From the NCBI GenBank assembly GCA_013239625.1, contig MU056000.1:14970851-15034850 (forward strand): 64,000 bases of DNA. The letters run 5' to 3'. This DNA comes from Lama guanicoe. Lineage: Eukaryota. Under the pieces are notes generated by a model. That model saw only the letters and a program-made list of their open reading frames with translations, had not been told where the DNA came from and ran no database searches. Position numbers and translations under genes: made by a program. Every line of letters starts with the position of its first letter. Positions within the stretch are counted from its first letter, which is position 1. This document shows, one piece after another, positions 37,390-50,125 of the stretch.

Positions 37390-37438
37390 GAGAGAGAGAG
37401 AGTGTATACTTGTGCGCGCGTGTGTGTGTGTGTGTGCA
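37390..37438 (+). repeat. Compound (GA)n...(TG)(CG)(TG)n microsatellite
   Basis: gagagagagagagtgtatacttgtgcgcgcgtgtgtgtgtgtgtgtgca. Confidence 0.9.
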
Positions 37439-37929
37439 TCCCCTGGATCTGGAGGAGTAACTTGGAAGATAGTCAAATACAGATAGCAGCCTTGGCATGG
37501 CGCACACAGAAAAGAATATTCCTCATGGAAAAGGATTGTGTTAAAGTCTAGGGAACTGAAAGGGAATTGCATAGAAGTAAAGATTATGGATTTTAATATT
37601 TTAGATGATCTACTTTTTGTTGCCAGAAACTGGATTTACTGGGATAAGACAGATGCAGAGAGAGCTGTAATAGTCAGTGTTTGCCGGCACTGAATACTGG
37701 GCTACAATTTATGGACTTCAGTCTGCTAATTCCCCTGTATATTTAAGAGGGTAATTTGAACAGTGATTTGATAGGAAGAGGTTCCAATGGTAATTGCACA
37801 CCCATTTATTAGCAAAAACTGGGAAGGCACAAGCAAAGCTTCAATTAATTATAAGCAAAGAGGGAGAAATTGTGATTTGAGGCCCATAGACCAAATCCTA
37901 CTGAATAAAAGAGAAGAATGTCATTTTGA

Positions 37930-38440
37930 ATTATAAGAATAAGAACAGAACTCTGGAAATATTTTATCAGAGAAATAAGAAGGTAAATTTTTGACAAAAA
38001 ATGTTTAAATCTTACTATAATTCAAGAAAAAAATTTCATAAACTGGATAGAGATAGATAAAATTGAAAGAACAATCTGTAAAAACCAAGTGGCAAGGATA
38101 GATAGAAAAGGATGTGTGCTGGAAAACCTCTCAAATACAGAAAATAGAGATCCAGTGTTAGAACTGCTCATTCCAGAAGAAAATACCAGAATATCTAGAA
38201 CAGAGTTTATCGAAGAATATAACCAAAGTGTTCCAGCCATGATAGAAGACCGGCTAACATAGACCCAGATTCTCTTCAGCTTTGAGGTAAAATAAAAGAA
38301 AGTCCTTCTCACGTTCGTTCTGATAATAATTTGTAAAATTACCAATAAATAAAAATACTTTAGTTATTGGAGAGGAAAAGTCTTAAAAAAGAAAGATTTG
38401 TTGTTGTTGTTGAATAAAGGAATCAACAGATATAAGGAAA
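37930..38440 (+). mobile_element. HAL1/L1-type ORF1 remnant
   Basis: + frame 37987-38262 reads ...LENLSNTENRDPVLELLIPEENTRISRTEFIEEYNQSVPAM, paralleling the ORF1p coiled-coil/RRM junction (LEDR.RR.NI.IIG.PEEE......EII.EI.QENFPEL). Confidence 0.55.
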
Positions 38441-38669
38441 TCATAAATTTTAAAGACCTTACCGTTTCCTTCCAAGACACCATGATTTAGATAGTGTTCC
38501 CTGGTTATAAGTAACAGAAACTGATGGTAGGAAATAGGATTGTTCAGAAGAAGAGAGCATGACCCACATGAGAAATCAAGAAGGTGAAGATAATTAGGGG
38601 AAATTAATATGAATCACAATTGCTGAAACACAGACTATGAGAGTAACAAGAATGAGCTGAATTTGACGG

Positions 38670-39125
38670 TGTGGTGAAGACTGCTAACTACCCTTGAATA
38701 TCCACTTTCTGCTTCTTTCTTGTAGAGAATTACCCAATCTTTTGCTAGACTTTCCATTTAAAGACTCTATTTCCTTGTTTTCGTGTCTTTTAGTTATCTA
38801 TGGGAGACTTTGGGGCAATGGGATGTGAGAAAAGAGATGAGCAATTTCAGATGATTTCCTTCAATCAAAGCTGTTGGCCCTAGAATTCCTTGCCTTCATT
38901 TTTCACAATCAGGAACAGAGACACCTTTCTGAAACTTGCTTAAATCATGCAAATAAGGGAAAACTTTGAGAAACATCTGGACAGAATAATGAAAGGGACC
39001 AAGTACCCTTAAAAAGGACTGGACCAGAATCAAGTGAAATATACTTCTGTCTTTTAAGCTACCACTTGTTTGTTTTCTGGGGGTCTATGTAATACAGTAA
39101 AATAGCCTATACCATAACTATTGCA
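38670..39125 (+). mobile_element. MLT1J-type MaLR LTR
   Basis: tgtggtgaagactgctaactacc...ggcaatgggatgtgagaaaaga...gaaatatacttctgtcttttaagctaccact...ggggtctatgtaatacag. Confidence 0.7.
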
Positions 39126-42100
39126 AATGATTCCTGCAGGCCTTGAGCTAGACTTGACCACGTATTAATGAGATAACCAGAGAAGTAGTAATACCAGATT
39201 TTCATTTGAGAAAGATTTCTCTGGCTACAGAGTGGGAATCCAATTAAACTGAATGAAAATCAGTTTACTAATACAGGCAAGGCAGGTTTACAACTAAGTT
39301 AATAAATGGATGGATATGATTTACATAGAAAAGAAACAGGGGAAGAGAAAAAGGCTTGAGGCAGGAAAATACTAAGGTTTTCAGGTCTGTGGGAAATCTA
39401 AGTTTTTCAGGAACACCATGGAAACACAGATGTGGAGACTACAATGTTGGAAAGATCGTTAGGAAGATGGTTGAAGTATGAAAAATAGTTATCTGTATCT
39501 TAGCTATGATTTATTCTGATAGCGTAAAATAGAACTTAAAAAGATACAAATTGGCAATAAAGTTGTTTTGTTTTGTTTTAGAAATGTCATTATTAAATAA
39601 TGTTAGAAATGACCTGCATTATGTAATTCAGTGGCATGACATATACCAGTTTTGTTTTTTGTGTCATTAAGGATACTCAAAAAATGAGTTAACGGAAGTT
39701 ATAAAACACTGTCAACTTTAATAATACTATTATTTTATACTGTGATTCAAATTATATCATTTGAAAGATCATCTTTTTAGAATTCTGTGTACTTAAGGGA
39801 AAAAAATCAAAAGTAGATTAGGCCAATGTTGAAGGTGAAATTAATAAAAAATATATGACTGGATCTACTCCTATTCATTTTTGAGGTCAATTTACATATA
39901 TATGTATATGTATGTGTATAGATAGAGAATTCTCAAAGGAATGAGATTATTCCTTTATATTAATATGACAAACTTCTATTTGCATATGTATAGAAATCCA
40001 TATTCTAATCTATGATTTACTAGAAACCAGGATTGTCACCAGTTTCTAGAAAATAGAGTGAAAGCGTACATATGCTAAACAAACTTTTTGTTGAGATAAT
40101 TTCTTAAAATAATAATCTGTTTTGTTCTTGCTGCTGTGGTAAATGTTAAGAAGTGAGAGACCTATTCTCTGTTTCCCATCATAAAATTGTGGGCAAGCCT
40201 CTGGGTTCTCAGATAAGGACATTGACTAGGGCAGAGTTAGAATGGGGAGTACGAGGCCCTTGTGTTTCAGTGATACCCTGAAGAACCATGAGTATGTAGG
40301 CCAATCAAGGGAAAGAGGTTCAAGGGTTGGAGGAGACAGATCTGAGAATGATTTGAGAGAGAAATATTGAAGTTAACTGAGGAGGGAGGGTCTGATGAAA
40401 TAACAACAGTGGAAGTTTACAACCAGTCTGAGTGTTTGGTGGCCCTAATAGGCTGAACTGTAATGGCCAAGTGTGCATGGCCAAGGGTGAGAAAAATGCA
40501 GCATCAAGGAGGTGCAGTCACTTGCCTCCCAACATATCACTCCCACGTCAACAATGAAATCCCAGGAATCAACATCATGGAATGGAAAAGATGGTTCCCT
40601 TTTCCCAATTTTCTTGTGCCATTCTAGAAAAGGAAACTGATCTCTAAATGTAATAAGTGGAGTACAGCAACTCTGTATTGGATGGCCAACAAAATACATC
40701 TAAATTAAAATCAATACTTAGACACAAATTTTTAATAGAAATATTTATTGTATCTCTTTCAAGTATGAGCCTTTTTCTTTATAACTTGGAATTGGAATTT
40801 AAAAAAAAAGATCATATATATATATGCTCATTAAATATATATATAAAGCATTCCCAAATAATGAAAACTGCATGTATTATTTGATTACAACATACTTAGA
40901 GGTGTAACTCTTTATTAAAAAAGGCAGACTATTTCTTAGTCATGGTTTATGAGAAATATTTGAATGGATTTGTGAAACAGAAGTGCACTCTTCCTACTGT
41001 AGAAGATTCTGTATTTGCAGCTACTAAATAGAGTAAGTGTCAGAACTGATCGTGTTCCTGGGTCCTTCATCCTGGACTAGGGGTGTGTTCACATAGAAGG
41101 AACTTTAATCTGAGTGTAGGTGTCTATGGTTCTTTAATGATTCCTGCCATTTTACCTATCTCTGTTTACAAGGTTGCAAACAAATAAAACAATTTGTTCC
41201 AAATCAAATCTAGGAAATACTAAATTGCATACTATTCATGGGGAAAATTTTGCATTCCTGATAAAATGCCTAAGCAATTTTGTGATAGATTTAATGGTAT
41301 GGAGAAGACTTCTGGGAATCTAGTGCCTGACAAACCCGAGTAATTGTCAACCACATGGATTACTATTTTATTCAAACATATTTTCCACTGTTTCTAATCT
41401 TAACAGCCATTATCTAAAGTTTTTCTTTTGTTAACATCCTTATGAAGAAAGGATCTTGTAAGTAGCCTCTAGAGTTATCTTTCTGGCAACGTGTTTGTAA
41501 TAAAACTTTGACCCCATTTTCATCATCTGAAACTTGTTGGTTTTGTTTTATTTGAAATTGGAGCAGCATTCACTAAAGTTGCAATGAACTGTGACTACAA
41601 TTGGAATGTACTAAAACTAGGAAAGAAATATCTGGAGACTTATCTACACATAACTACATTTTCCATTGAGATGATTGTTACATTACCTGATTTTCTAGTG
41701 AATTGCATAAGTTCCTAAAAATACTTTAAAAGCCTTGTATAAGATAACATAAACTTAACTCATATTAAAATGAGAATATTTAGAATATTTTGGTGGATGT
41801 GGCACTATGTTTTAACTGATTATTGTAGTTTTTTTTTAATTTTAAATATCCATATGTCTGCTTCTTTTTAAATATATATTTTTTTATTCTGATTATATAT
41901 AGCTTAATCCCAGAATAAAGGCCCAGGATTCTTAAACATTTAGTATTTTTAATAAATAGATGGAAATGTTCATTCTCAGTAGAGGAAATGCATCACAAAT
42001 AGTTATTAACAGGGTGAACTACGATGGTGAAGCATGGGACTTTGTTGTTGTTCTGGGGAAAAACAACTAAGCTATGTTTTCTTGATCTTCATTAGATACA

Positions 42101-45100
42101 AGTCTTGTATTTGCTTCTTCCCTAAAGGGTAGTATTTTTCTTAAATCTCAAATGACTTTAAATAGCTAATTGCTTATTATTTAAAAAATGAAAGATAGAC
42201 AACAAAACACCCTCTCAGATTTACAGAAGGAGACCTTCATAATTGCTGCATCAGAAATTACAGCTACAGAAAACATCTTGGTAGCTGCATTCTTCCAAAA
42301 TATTTCACTACATTCTCCTAAGATTTTAATTATCTCTCTTCATAACTTAAAAAGCTGAATGCTTAGCTTTGAGATGCCTAAAGACAGAGCGATATGTGGC
42401 CTTATGTTTATTTGAGCGAAAGAAAACAAGGCTGTCATTTTGAAACCAACAGAGTATTTTGTCTTAAACTCTAATATTCAAACATAGATTTCATTTTGAA
42501 TTTCTTTATATAACCCTAATTTGTTTGTAGGGCAAAATGTCCTTTGTTTTTCCTTGTAGGTTGAGAATAATCAGAAAAAAATTGTATAGTATAACTTGGA
42601 TCCTCTTTTTCCCAAGAAGTGTGATGCACGCTCTCAACTGAGAATGGCTTAGAAGAAAGCCCTCAGCATATGTTTTCCCAGATTGTTTTAGTTTTGTTTG
42701 GTTTTGTTGTCAATGTCCTTTTCAGTCAGGGTTTTTTATTTTCCCTCCAATTGGGAAATTGATTCTCAGTTGTGGGCATAATAAAGTGACCAAAATGGGG
42801 AGAGGCTATTTAAATTCTCATAGGTGCCTAGCCAAGCTTGTCTCTTGTTATTATAGTTTCATGAAAGAAGGAGCTGTTAGGAAGGATGCTTCTCTTTATG
42901 AAATTTTTGACTGTACCTAAAGTGTCGGTGAAAGGAATTGAGAGAAGAATTTTCTCCCTTTGTGTCCAGAAGGTTGGGGGGTTATGCTGTATATCAACGA
43001 ATGACAGGTAAAAAAATTGCACAGTCTTGATTATATTATTTTTCCTTGATTTTAATTTACTTTAGTGGTGTTGAAATCCAGGAGACATTAAGAAAAAAGA
43101 ATTAGAAAGCTGTATGTGAAATAACATTTACTTAGTATGGAAAACCATTTTGGTCCTTGTTTTGTTCCTAAAAGCAATGAGTATATGTAACATTAAAAAC
43201 GCTTAATTATGAAAATAAGTCAATTTAAAAAAAATAGGAATGAATACATCTTTCCTTGGAATTTACCACAACATACTGAATAGGAGAAAATTACAATTTT
43301 CTATGTGAATTCTTTTATAAAACTCAACCTGTGTGCTGCCACCTTTTTAAAGTTTATGATTGAAAAAAATTTTAAAGACTTTTTCACAGCTTTCATAAAA
43401 ATTGCTTTATAAAAGTGTAGCCACAAGGATATAAATACCATAAAGAAAGTGAGTCAAATGGTACATTTTATAAATAGAACCAACAACATCATACATTTAT
43501 GGGATACTGCAAATCATCTGGATTTAGCTCTCAGAGACAATAATCATTTCAATTTTTCAACTCAGTATTACCGGTAAAGTAGTTTTCTTGTGTCTTTAAA
43601 AATATGCTCCCTCCTGTACACTTGTCAGTTTCATTCAATATTTCCAATGACAGAGTTAGCACATCTAGCTTCAGAAGAAAATCATGGCTAAAAATATTTC
43701 AGGAATGTGACATAAAAGTCATAACATTTCAATCATTAATATTATTTCCCCTGATTATTTTCTAGATTTGATATTCAAAAAATTTTTAAATTACTCTGAG
43801 TTAAAATTTTTGAAAATATCAAAGCATGTAGTTATTCGATTTGGCATCTGCTATTAATATGGACAGCTTAGTTTTATTTCACAAAGTTACTTTCTTAATA
43901 TAGTTTAATACATAGTGAGAAATTATTTTAAGAAATATTGTATATTGCAAATACATAATTACAGCATACTCAAAAGTTTAACGCAGTGAAGATACAAGTA
44001 GATACAAGATAATGCAACAACATCTTAACATACAATATAAATTTCTGTAGTTTGTAATCTATGCAGCTGTGCTAAAACATCTATTTCTTTGTGTCACTAT
44101 GATTATATATAGTTGTTTGTCCCTATTAAATGATTATTTCTAGCATCATAAGTTCATAAATCATAAATCTTGGGATGACCAAACCTTATGGCTGACCTTG
44201 GAAGGCTGTGGGAACTTGCAGTCCTGTGGTACACAGTGACAGCAGTGTAGTGTCAGAGGGTGAGCTTTGTCATGAATGCTGGCATGGATGACAGGGGTGG
44301 AGACACCAGTATTAGAACTGGAAAAAGCTAAGCTGTTTAAACTGAATCATAAAAATTCTGAAATGTATTATTTTTTAATCATTTGTACAGGAGTAGTAAA
44401 AGTGAAAAATGTAAAAAGAAAGGGAGGGAAACAAAGAGAACATAAACACAGCAGTCACGTAGCTGATCCTATATTAAAGTTCCACATAATTTCAACTGAA
44501 TTTAAATGAAGAATGGCCTTCCAGGTAGCCTATTTATTCAAATAGATGTGGGTCTTGAAACCCGTCCTCTTGCAAGACTTAGAATGAGCTGGAAACGCAG
44601 CGTCCCAGGAAGCGGGTCCTTCAGTCGCCTTAGGGTTGCTCTGCAGCTTGACATCAAGCATAACTGGGTTCTTTCATCTCTAACTTAAGAAAGTGGTCAA
44701 ATACTCTCTTGAGAAGAGTTGACCTGCCTTTATGTATTTTTAATATGAGAGTAACTTTGTACAAAATATTACCCTCCAACTTTGTAACTAAGCATCTAAA
44801 GAAGAATATACAACCTATAATTAAATACATTCTACATGCTATCATCAATTTTTGCTGTAGGAAATGTGTGTTTTATACTTATTTTAAGTCCTAAATCAAT
44901 GTATGCAGTTTAATATTGGCAACAAAAATTCTATCTTTAATCTTATTCAGAGTAATTCTAAGACTTATCTATTAAAGTAAATTTAGATTTAAAATATTAA
45001 GATGTCAAGGATTTTCAACTAGTGTCTAATTTAATCTCTCCATCCAGAGCAAGTGCTCTATATTCATTTAATAATGTTTAGTTGCAAAATGTATTTGCCA

Positions 45101-45261
45101 TTATATTATGATAAATACTATGTAATCTTTTGTCAGAATTAATAATTTCTCACAGAGAATGGACCTAAAACAAAGTGGTATTTTACTAAATATCAATTCA
45201 TAAATATGCATGACTTTTAAGACTTTATGGGGCTTCTTATTTCCATTAAAATAAAAAACAA

Positions 45262-45545
45262 ATGAAGAACAGCCTTGAAAATTCCCTAAGCAGACAAAAT
45301 CAGTTTAGTCATAGAAGCAAAGCTTAATTTAGCTTATTTTGCAAGACTAACTTGCTGTGGGCCATTTCTTGCTTATGCCTTTGGAAATCATAAGCAAATC
45401 TTAAACTGTTTGCCAAAATTGATATGAGGCAACCACCATCCAATTCCCTATCATTTAAGAAAATTCTAACATTATAACCAGTCACTTTGCAGAATAAACC
45501 ATCATTGCCTTCTCACTATGTCAGCTACTGTGTAACAGCAAATGA
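45262..45545 (+). mobile_element. ERV1-class LTR fragment (5' part only)
   Basis: Starts tgaagaacagccttgaaaattccctaagcagacaaaa and is LTR U3-like; ends abruptly against L1 sequence. Family not identified. Confidence 0.5.
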
Positions 45546-45549
45546 CAGT

Positions 45550-47062
45550 ATGCCTCAGTAGACTCTCAAAAACTGAAAAGCAAAGAGAAAAAACACTGTG
45601 GGGGAAGGGGGAACAGGCTATCCAAGAATTGTGGGAAGACTACATAAGCTTTAGCCTATGTAATGGGGATACCAGAAGGAGAAGAAAGAAAAGAAGGAGC
45701 AATGGAAATATTTGAAATAATAGTAACTGAGAATTTCCCCCAAATTCATGTCATATACCAAACCACAGATACAGTAAGCTCAGAGAATATCAGGCATAAT
45801 AAATGCCCCCCACCCCAAATCACAGTATATCATGTTCAAAATAGAGAAAATCAAAATTAAGAAAAAGTCCTGAAAGAAGCTGGGTTTAGGGGGGAGCATG
45901 TTACCTATAGAGGGACAAATATAAGAATTACATCTGAATCTTCTCAGAAACCATGCAAGCAAGAAGAGAATAAAGTGAAATATTTAAATTTTGAGATAAA
46001 AATTAATTATATAAATGTTGAGAGAAAAATCCATCAATCTAGAAACCTGTACTCAGTGAAATTAGCCTTCAAAAATGAAGGAGAAGTAAAGACTTTCTCT
46101 CACAAACAAAAATTAAGAGAATTTGTTGTCAGTGGACCTACCTGGCAAGAAATATTAAAAAAAAAAAGTGGAGGAAAGAAAAATACTATGGTCAAAAATT
46201 CAGATCTACATAAAGTAAAGAACAGCGTCAAAGAAGGAATAAGCTACAGTAAAATTTTAAAGAACTAATTCTTCTCATAATTGATCTAACATAATAGTTT
46301 ACTCAAAATAATACCAACAATGGATGAATTATGCAAACTTATGTATATATCATTCAATTAATGCCTATGAATTTCTAAATATAAATAGAATGAATGACAG
46401 TAAAGACTTAAGGTTCAGGAGGAAAGAATTAGAATGATTTTATTAACATTAGATACTCACATTACTGTGAAATGGTATAGTGTTTGAAGATGGACTTGAA
46501 TTAGGTGTATATGTGTATTGCAAACTCTAGGGCAATCACTACAAAAATTTTAAAAAAAGTATATCCTACTTCCTAAGAAAAGAAAAAATATAATCATAAA
46601 AAATGCTCAATTCAAACCACAAAGGCAGAAAAATAGTGGAAGACAGAAATAGGGACAAAGAAGGGCAACAAATAGAAAAAAGTAATCAATATAGTAGATA
46701 TTAATCCAACTACATTAGCACACTTTGAATGTCAATGGTCTAAACGCATGAATTAAAAGATAGAGATTTCCAGAGTGGATCAAAAGACAAGATCTAACTA
46801 TTCATCCTTTACAGAAAACTCACGTTAAATATAAACACATTTATAGATTAAACGTAAATTCATGAAGAAATATGTCATGCTAATAGTAATCAAATGACAG
46901 CAGGAGTAGCTATATTAATTTCAGACATGGTAGACTTCAAAGCAATGAAAACTGTCAGGGATAAAGAGGGTATTACATAAAAATAAAGGAATCAATTCAC
47001 TAGGAAGACATAATAATTCTTAGTTTGCTTGTGTCTAGCAATAGAGCATCAAGCTGTGTGAG
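45550..47062 (+). mobile_element. L1M (L1MD-like) internal fragment: ORF1 C-terminal half, inter-ORF region, ORF2 endonuclease start
   Basis: ORF-track peptides MGIPEGEERKEGAMEIFEIIVTENFPQ (45663) and SRNLYSVKLAFKNEGEVKTFSHKQKLREFV (in 45975 ORF) are L1 ORF1p. From about 46690, ttgaatgtcaatggtctaaac (LNVNGLN) and gcaggagtagctatattaatttcagac (AGVAILISD) are ORF2 endonuclease motifs. Many stops/frameshifts. Confidence 0.93.
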
Positions 47063-47290
47063 TAAAGGGGACCATGGCTTTATAGCCCAAATTTTACCAG
47101 CCATAGGACATAGGCTCCCTCTCCTGGAAGGCACATGCTTTGGTCTATGCACCTCCCTAAACTGAAGGCTGTTCCTGGCAAAGAATTCAGCTACGAGCTG
47201 AGCTGTCAGCCACATTCCCAGCTGCTGGGTCACTGAAGGACTCTGTCCTGAAGGAGAGCTCTTGCTTGTCCCCTGCAGCCAACACTGCAA
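47063..47290 (-). mobile_element. LTR33-like ERVL LTR fragment
   Basis: gagctgagctgtcagccacattcccagctgctggg...tgtcctgaaggaga...caacactgca resembles the antisense 5' end of LTR33-type LTRs. Confidence 0.6.
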
Positions 47291-48022
47291 TGTGCTTTTG
47301 ATAAGTGGTAGAACATATTCCTAAAATAACTTTTTCTCTATTGGTAGACATTGTAATTTTCATGAGAAATTGGATTATGGACAAAGATTAAGAATTTGTT
47401 ATTAAAATTAGATCTCTTGATATGGCCTTTTTCTAGCTAGGTGTTCATTTGGACAGAAAACAATACCAGGGGGCCTATTATTTACCAGTCTTTATTACAA
47501 TAAGATGTCTCTCAAGTAGTACTTCAAGTATGCGTGAGGGTCAGCCTTACTCTTGGCAAGAGATAAATTAAGTGCCTTAAAGTGTATGCTGCACTGAGAT
47601 TATTGCCAGGGCCCTAGTATTCTGTGCACAGCTGGTAATGCTCTGTTAAAATGTTGCACTTGTCCTCCATTTTAAAAGCACCAGTAGTGCAAAACCTGTC
47701 ACGCACCTTAATTTGCCCTACTCTTAATGCAATTAAGTAATTTAAATGAAATTAATACAATTAATTTAATAATTGTGTTGACATGCACAGCTTCATTATA
47801 TCATGGAACCTATTTTGCAAAACACATCTGGGTTTTCAACTTTTCTTAAATTATTAAAACATTTGTAGTTATAGTATGAGACTATTTTCATTTGTTAAGA
47901 GATTTTGTTGTTTACACAACATCAAATTCCCTGCTTTTAGACCAAAATTAAAGCAGTAGTTGTGTCTTTCTTTTTTTCTTCAGGTATTTTCATTAGAGAT
48001 TAAAACTATTTTCTTCATTTTA

Positions 48023-48724
48023 CTGATTATCTATTACTGTGTAATAAACAACCCCAAAACATAGCTACTTAAAGTCACAACCTTTTTTTTTTTCACATCA
48101 CACAGGTTTGTAGATCATTGATGTAACACAAAGAATTAGGTTGTTAAATCAGACTCACAGATGTACGTCTTAATTGAGCTTGTGGTTACTAATAATTTAG
48201 TCAATGAGGAGACTCAGGCAAAGCCACCAGAGTTCTAGGACATCAGGGACTGTTTCCTGGTCCATTATGCTCACATCCAACATGCAGAAGGAACAGTGGA
48301 CTAATAAAGCATTTCCAATTCCTTTTTGGAGGAATTGTTTGTCATACTTGACATTCTCTGGGGATCTGTGCCTCAAAAATCCATAGATCCTAAATTTGTC
48401 TACCATAGATAACCCGTAGTCAGAATTATCCATCTAAGGGCATTCTCTCTATATAAGGGCAACTCTTCCTCTTAGCAAATACCTCCTTTTCTTTTCCACT
48501 TTGGGTTGTCTTCTCAGCATCAGTACTGAATAAATCACAAGCTGAACTGCTTTAAATCCTTCTTCTTGATTTTGGGGATGCTAAGCCTGGAATGGGTATC
48601 TTGCCACTTCTGTTATAGTCAATAGGTCAAAACAGCTACAGGTCACTCAAGACTCAAGGAAAGGGAAAACTGACCTCAAAACTCAATGAGAGAAGTGCTA
48701 ATGAGTGACTTTAATTTCATCATA
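48023..48724 (-). mobile_element. MLT1H-type MaLR LTR remnant, interrupted by another LTR
   Basis: atctattactgtgtaataaacaaccccaaaacatagctacttaaa (left part); cacttctgttatagtcaataggtcaaaacag...agactcaaggaaagggaaaac (right part). Confidence 0.65.
48123..48580 (+). mobile_element. Unclassified ERV LTR nested in the MLT1 remnant
   Basis: Begins tgtaac. TATA-like ctatataagg near 48450 and aataaa near 48528 occur in LTR order. Confidence 0.5.
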
Positions 48725-48944
48725 TTTATACTTAAAGTGAGATGGAATAGTTTGAATGACTTCTTACGATGAATAACTTCTGCTATACTCTGCTAAGTGT
48801 ATTAAGTACATGCTAATTAAGATTAATTTTAGACCTGATATCTTTTAGGGCAATATATTTATGAGTGCACATTGTGATTATTATAACTGTTTGATCCATT
48901 TCTAGGGAAGGCAAATATATATTGCTTTTACAACATTCTTTTAT

Positions 48945-50125
48945 GTATCCACTCATTTTTTAAAACAGTATTTCAGGAGCACCTACTATGTAACAAGAAT
49001 TGCTGAGCAGTGAAAATACATTTTATAATGAATAGAGCTTTAATTCTGTGCTTGTTGTCTGGTGACATGCAATGAGTGGATAGCTATTTGTAGTATTATG
49101 CGATATGCATCGTAACAGGGAGATATGCAAGATTTTAAGTATACAAGAGTGATGTCTAACCTGGCTTGTATTGTAGAGGCTTTTCAGTGGAGTTCGATAC
49201 AATTAACAGTTTTCCAATTTACAGAAGCTGTAAGGATTAGAATACAAGTAGAGGGGAAATCTATAATAAACTGTATTTAGGACTGATTTAGAAGAACGAT
49301 ACAGTGGGACCCGGCTGAACACAGAGATCTGAGATGGGAAAGGGAAAAGGTGGCAAACCAAGAAATCACAATTTGCAGCAATATTAAAGCAGTTTACATT
49401 CTATTTCTGACTCAGTGTGGACTCATAGAACCACGGAAGCAGTGGCTTCATGGAAACTACATTGTACAAACATTCCTTGAGCTTTATCATGGAAAGGGTA
49501 GATATTAGAGATGTGAAGTGAGGTAAAAACGAAAATGAGAAAGAGCTTTAGGAGGCAGTTTCGTGTAATTCTGGTGAAAACATTAACCTAAATGAAGACG
49601 ATGTTTCTTGAGAGATACAGACTGGGACATATTTGGGAGGTATTAAGATGGTAGACTAGACAGATTTGAGTGTTTCATTACTGATTACATATAATGATGA
49701 AGAGAAGGGTTCCAGATTTAGGGCTAGGGTTCTGGCATTTTCGGTGATGATTCACTTTTTCTGGTATTTCAGGCAGAATGTTATCATGATATTAAACTTA
49801 TTTTGTAGTTATTAGTGCTGAGGTCCCAGTATAACACCTAGTAAGAAATTGTATAAAATGTTTAGGATATAAGGAAAACACTTCGTTGGGAGATGCAGAA
49901 GAGTTATCAGCAAATAGATGATGACTGAAGGCACAGAAATGGATGAGAATTCAGGCAAAGTGAAGGTGGATAAGGAAGGGAGGACCAGATGCTAAGGCTG
50001 TGGAGATGTTGACATGTAGGGGACAGGCTGTGCCCTAAAAAGGCAATCAGAAGTCTGTCTACAAAGGCAGGATGGAAAACAGAATGCATAGCATCAAGGA
50101 AATAAAGGAAGAAGGCATTTCACAT
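48945..50125 (-). mobile_element. L2 LINE (about 1.2 kb, diverged)
   Basis: cactcattttttaaaacagtatttcaggagcacctactatgt (antisense 3' end), followed by purine-rich L2 text (gctttaggaggcagtt; acatatttgggagg; ggaaaacagaatgcatagcatcaaggaa). Confidence 0.75.

Noticed and set aside
40100..40650. GC-elevated segment that might be an exon or an LTR
   Set aside because: Looks like mixed decayed repeat (L2/LTR-like). I could not assign a family or find exon boundaries.
42541..42640. Acceptor-like cctttgtttttccttgtag/g on the + strand
   Set aside because: All three downstream frames reach a stop within about 80 nt and no good donor follows. Not supportable as a coding exon.
45663..46268. ORFs with clear protein homology, considered as host genes
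   Set aside because: They are frameshifted, stop-interrupted L1 ORF1p fragments.
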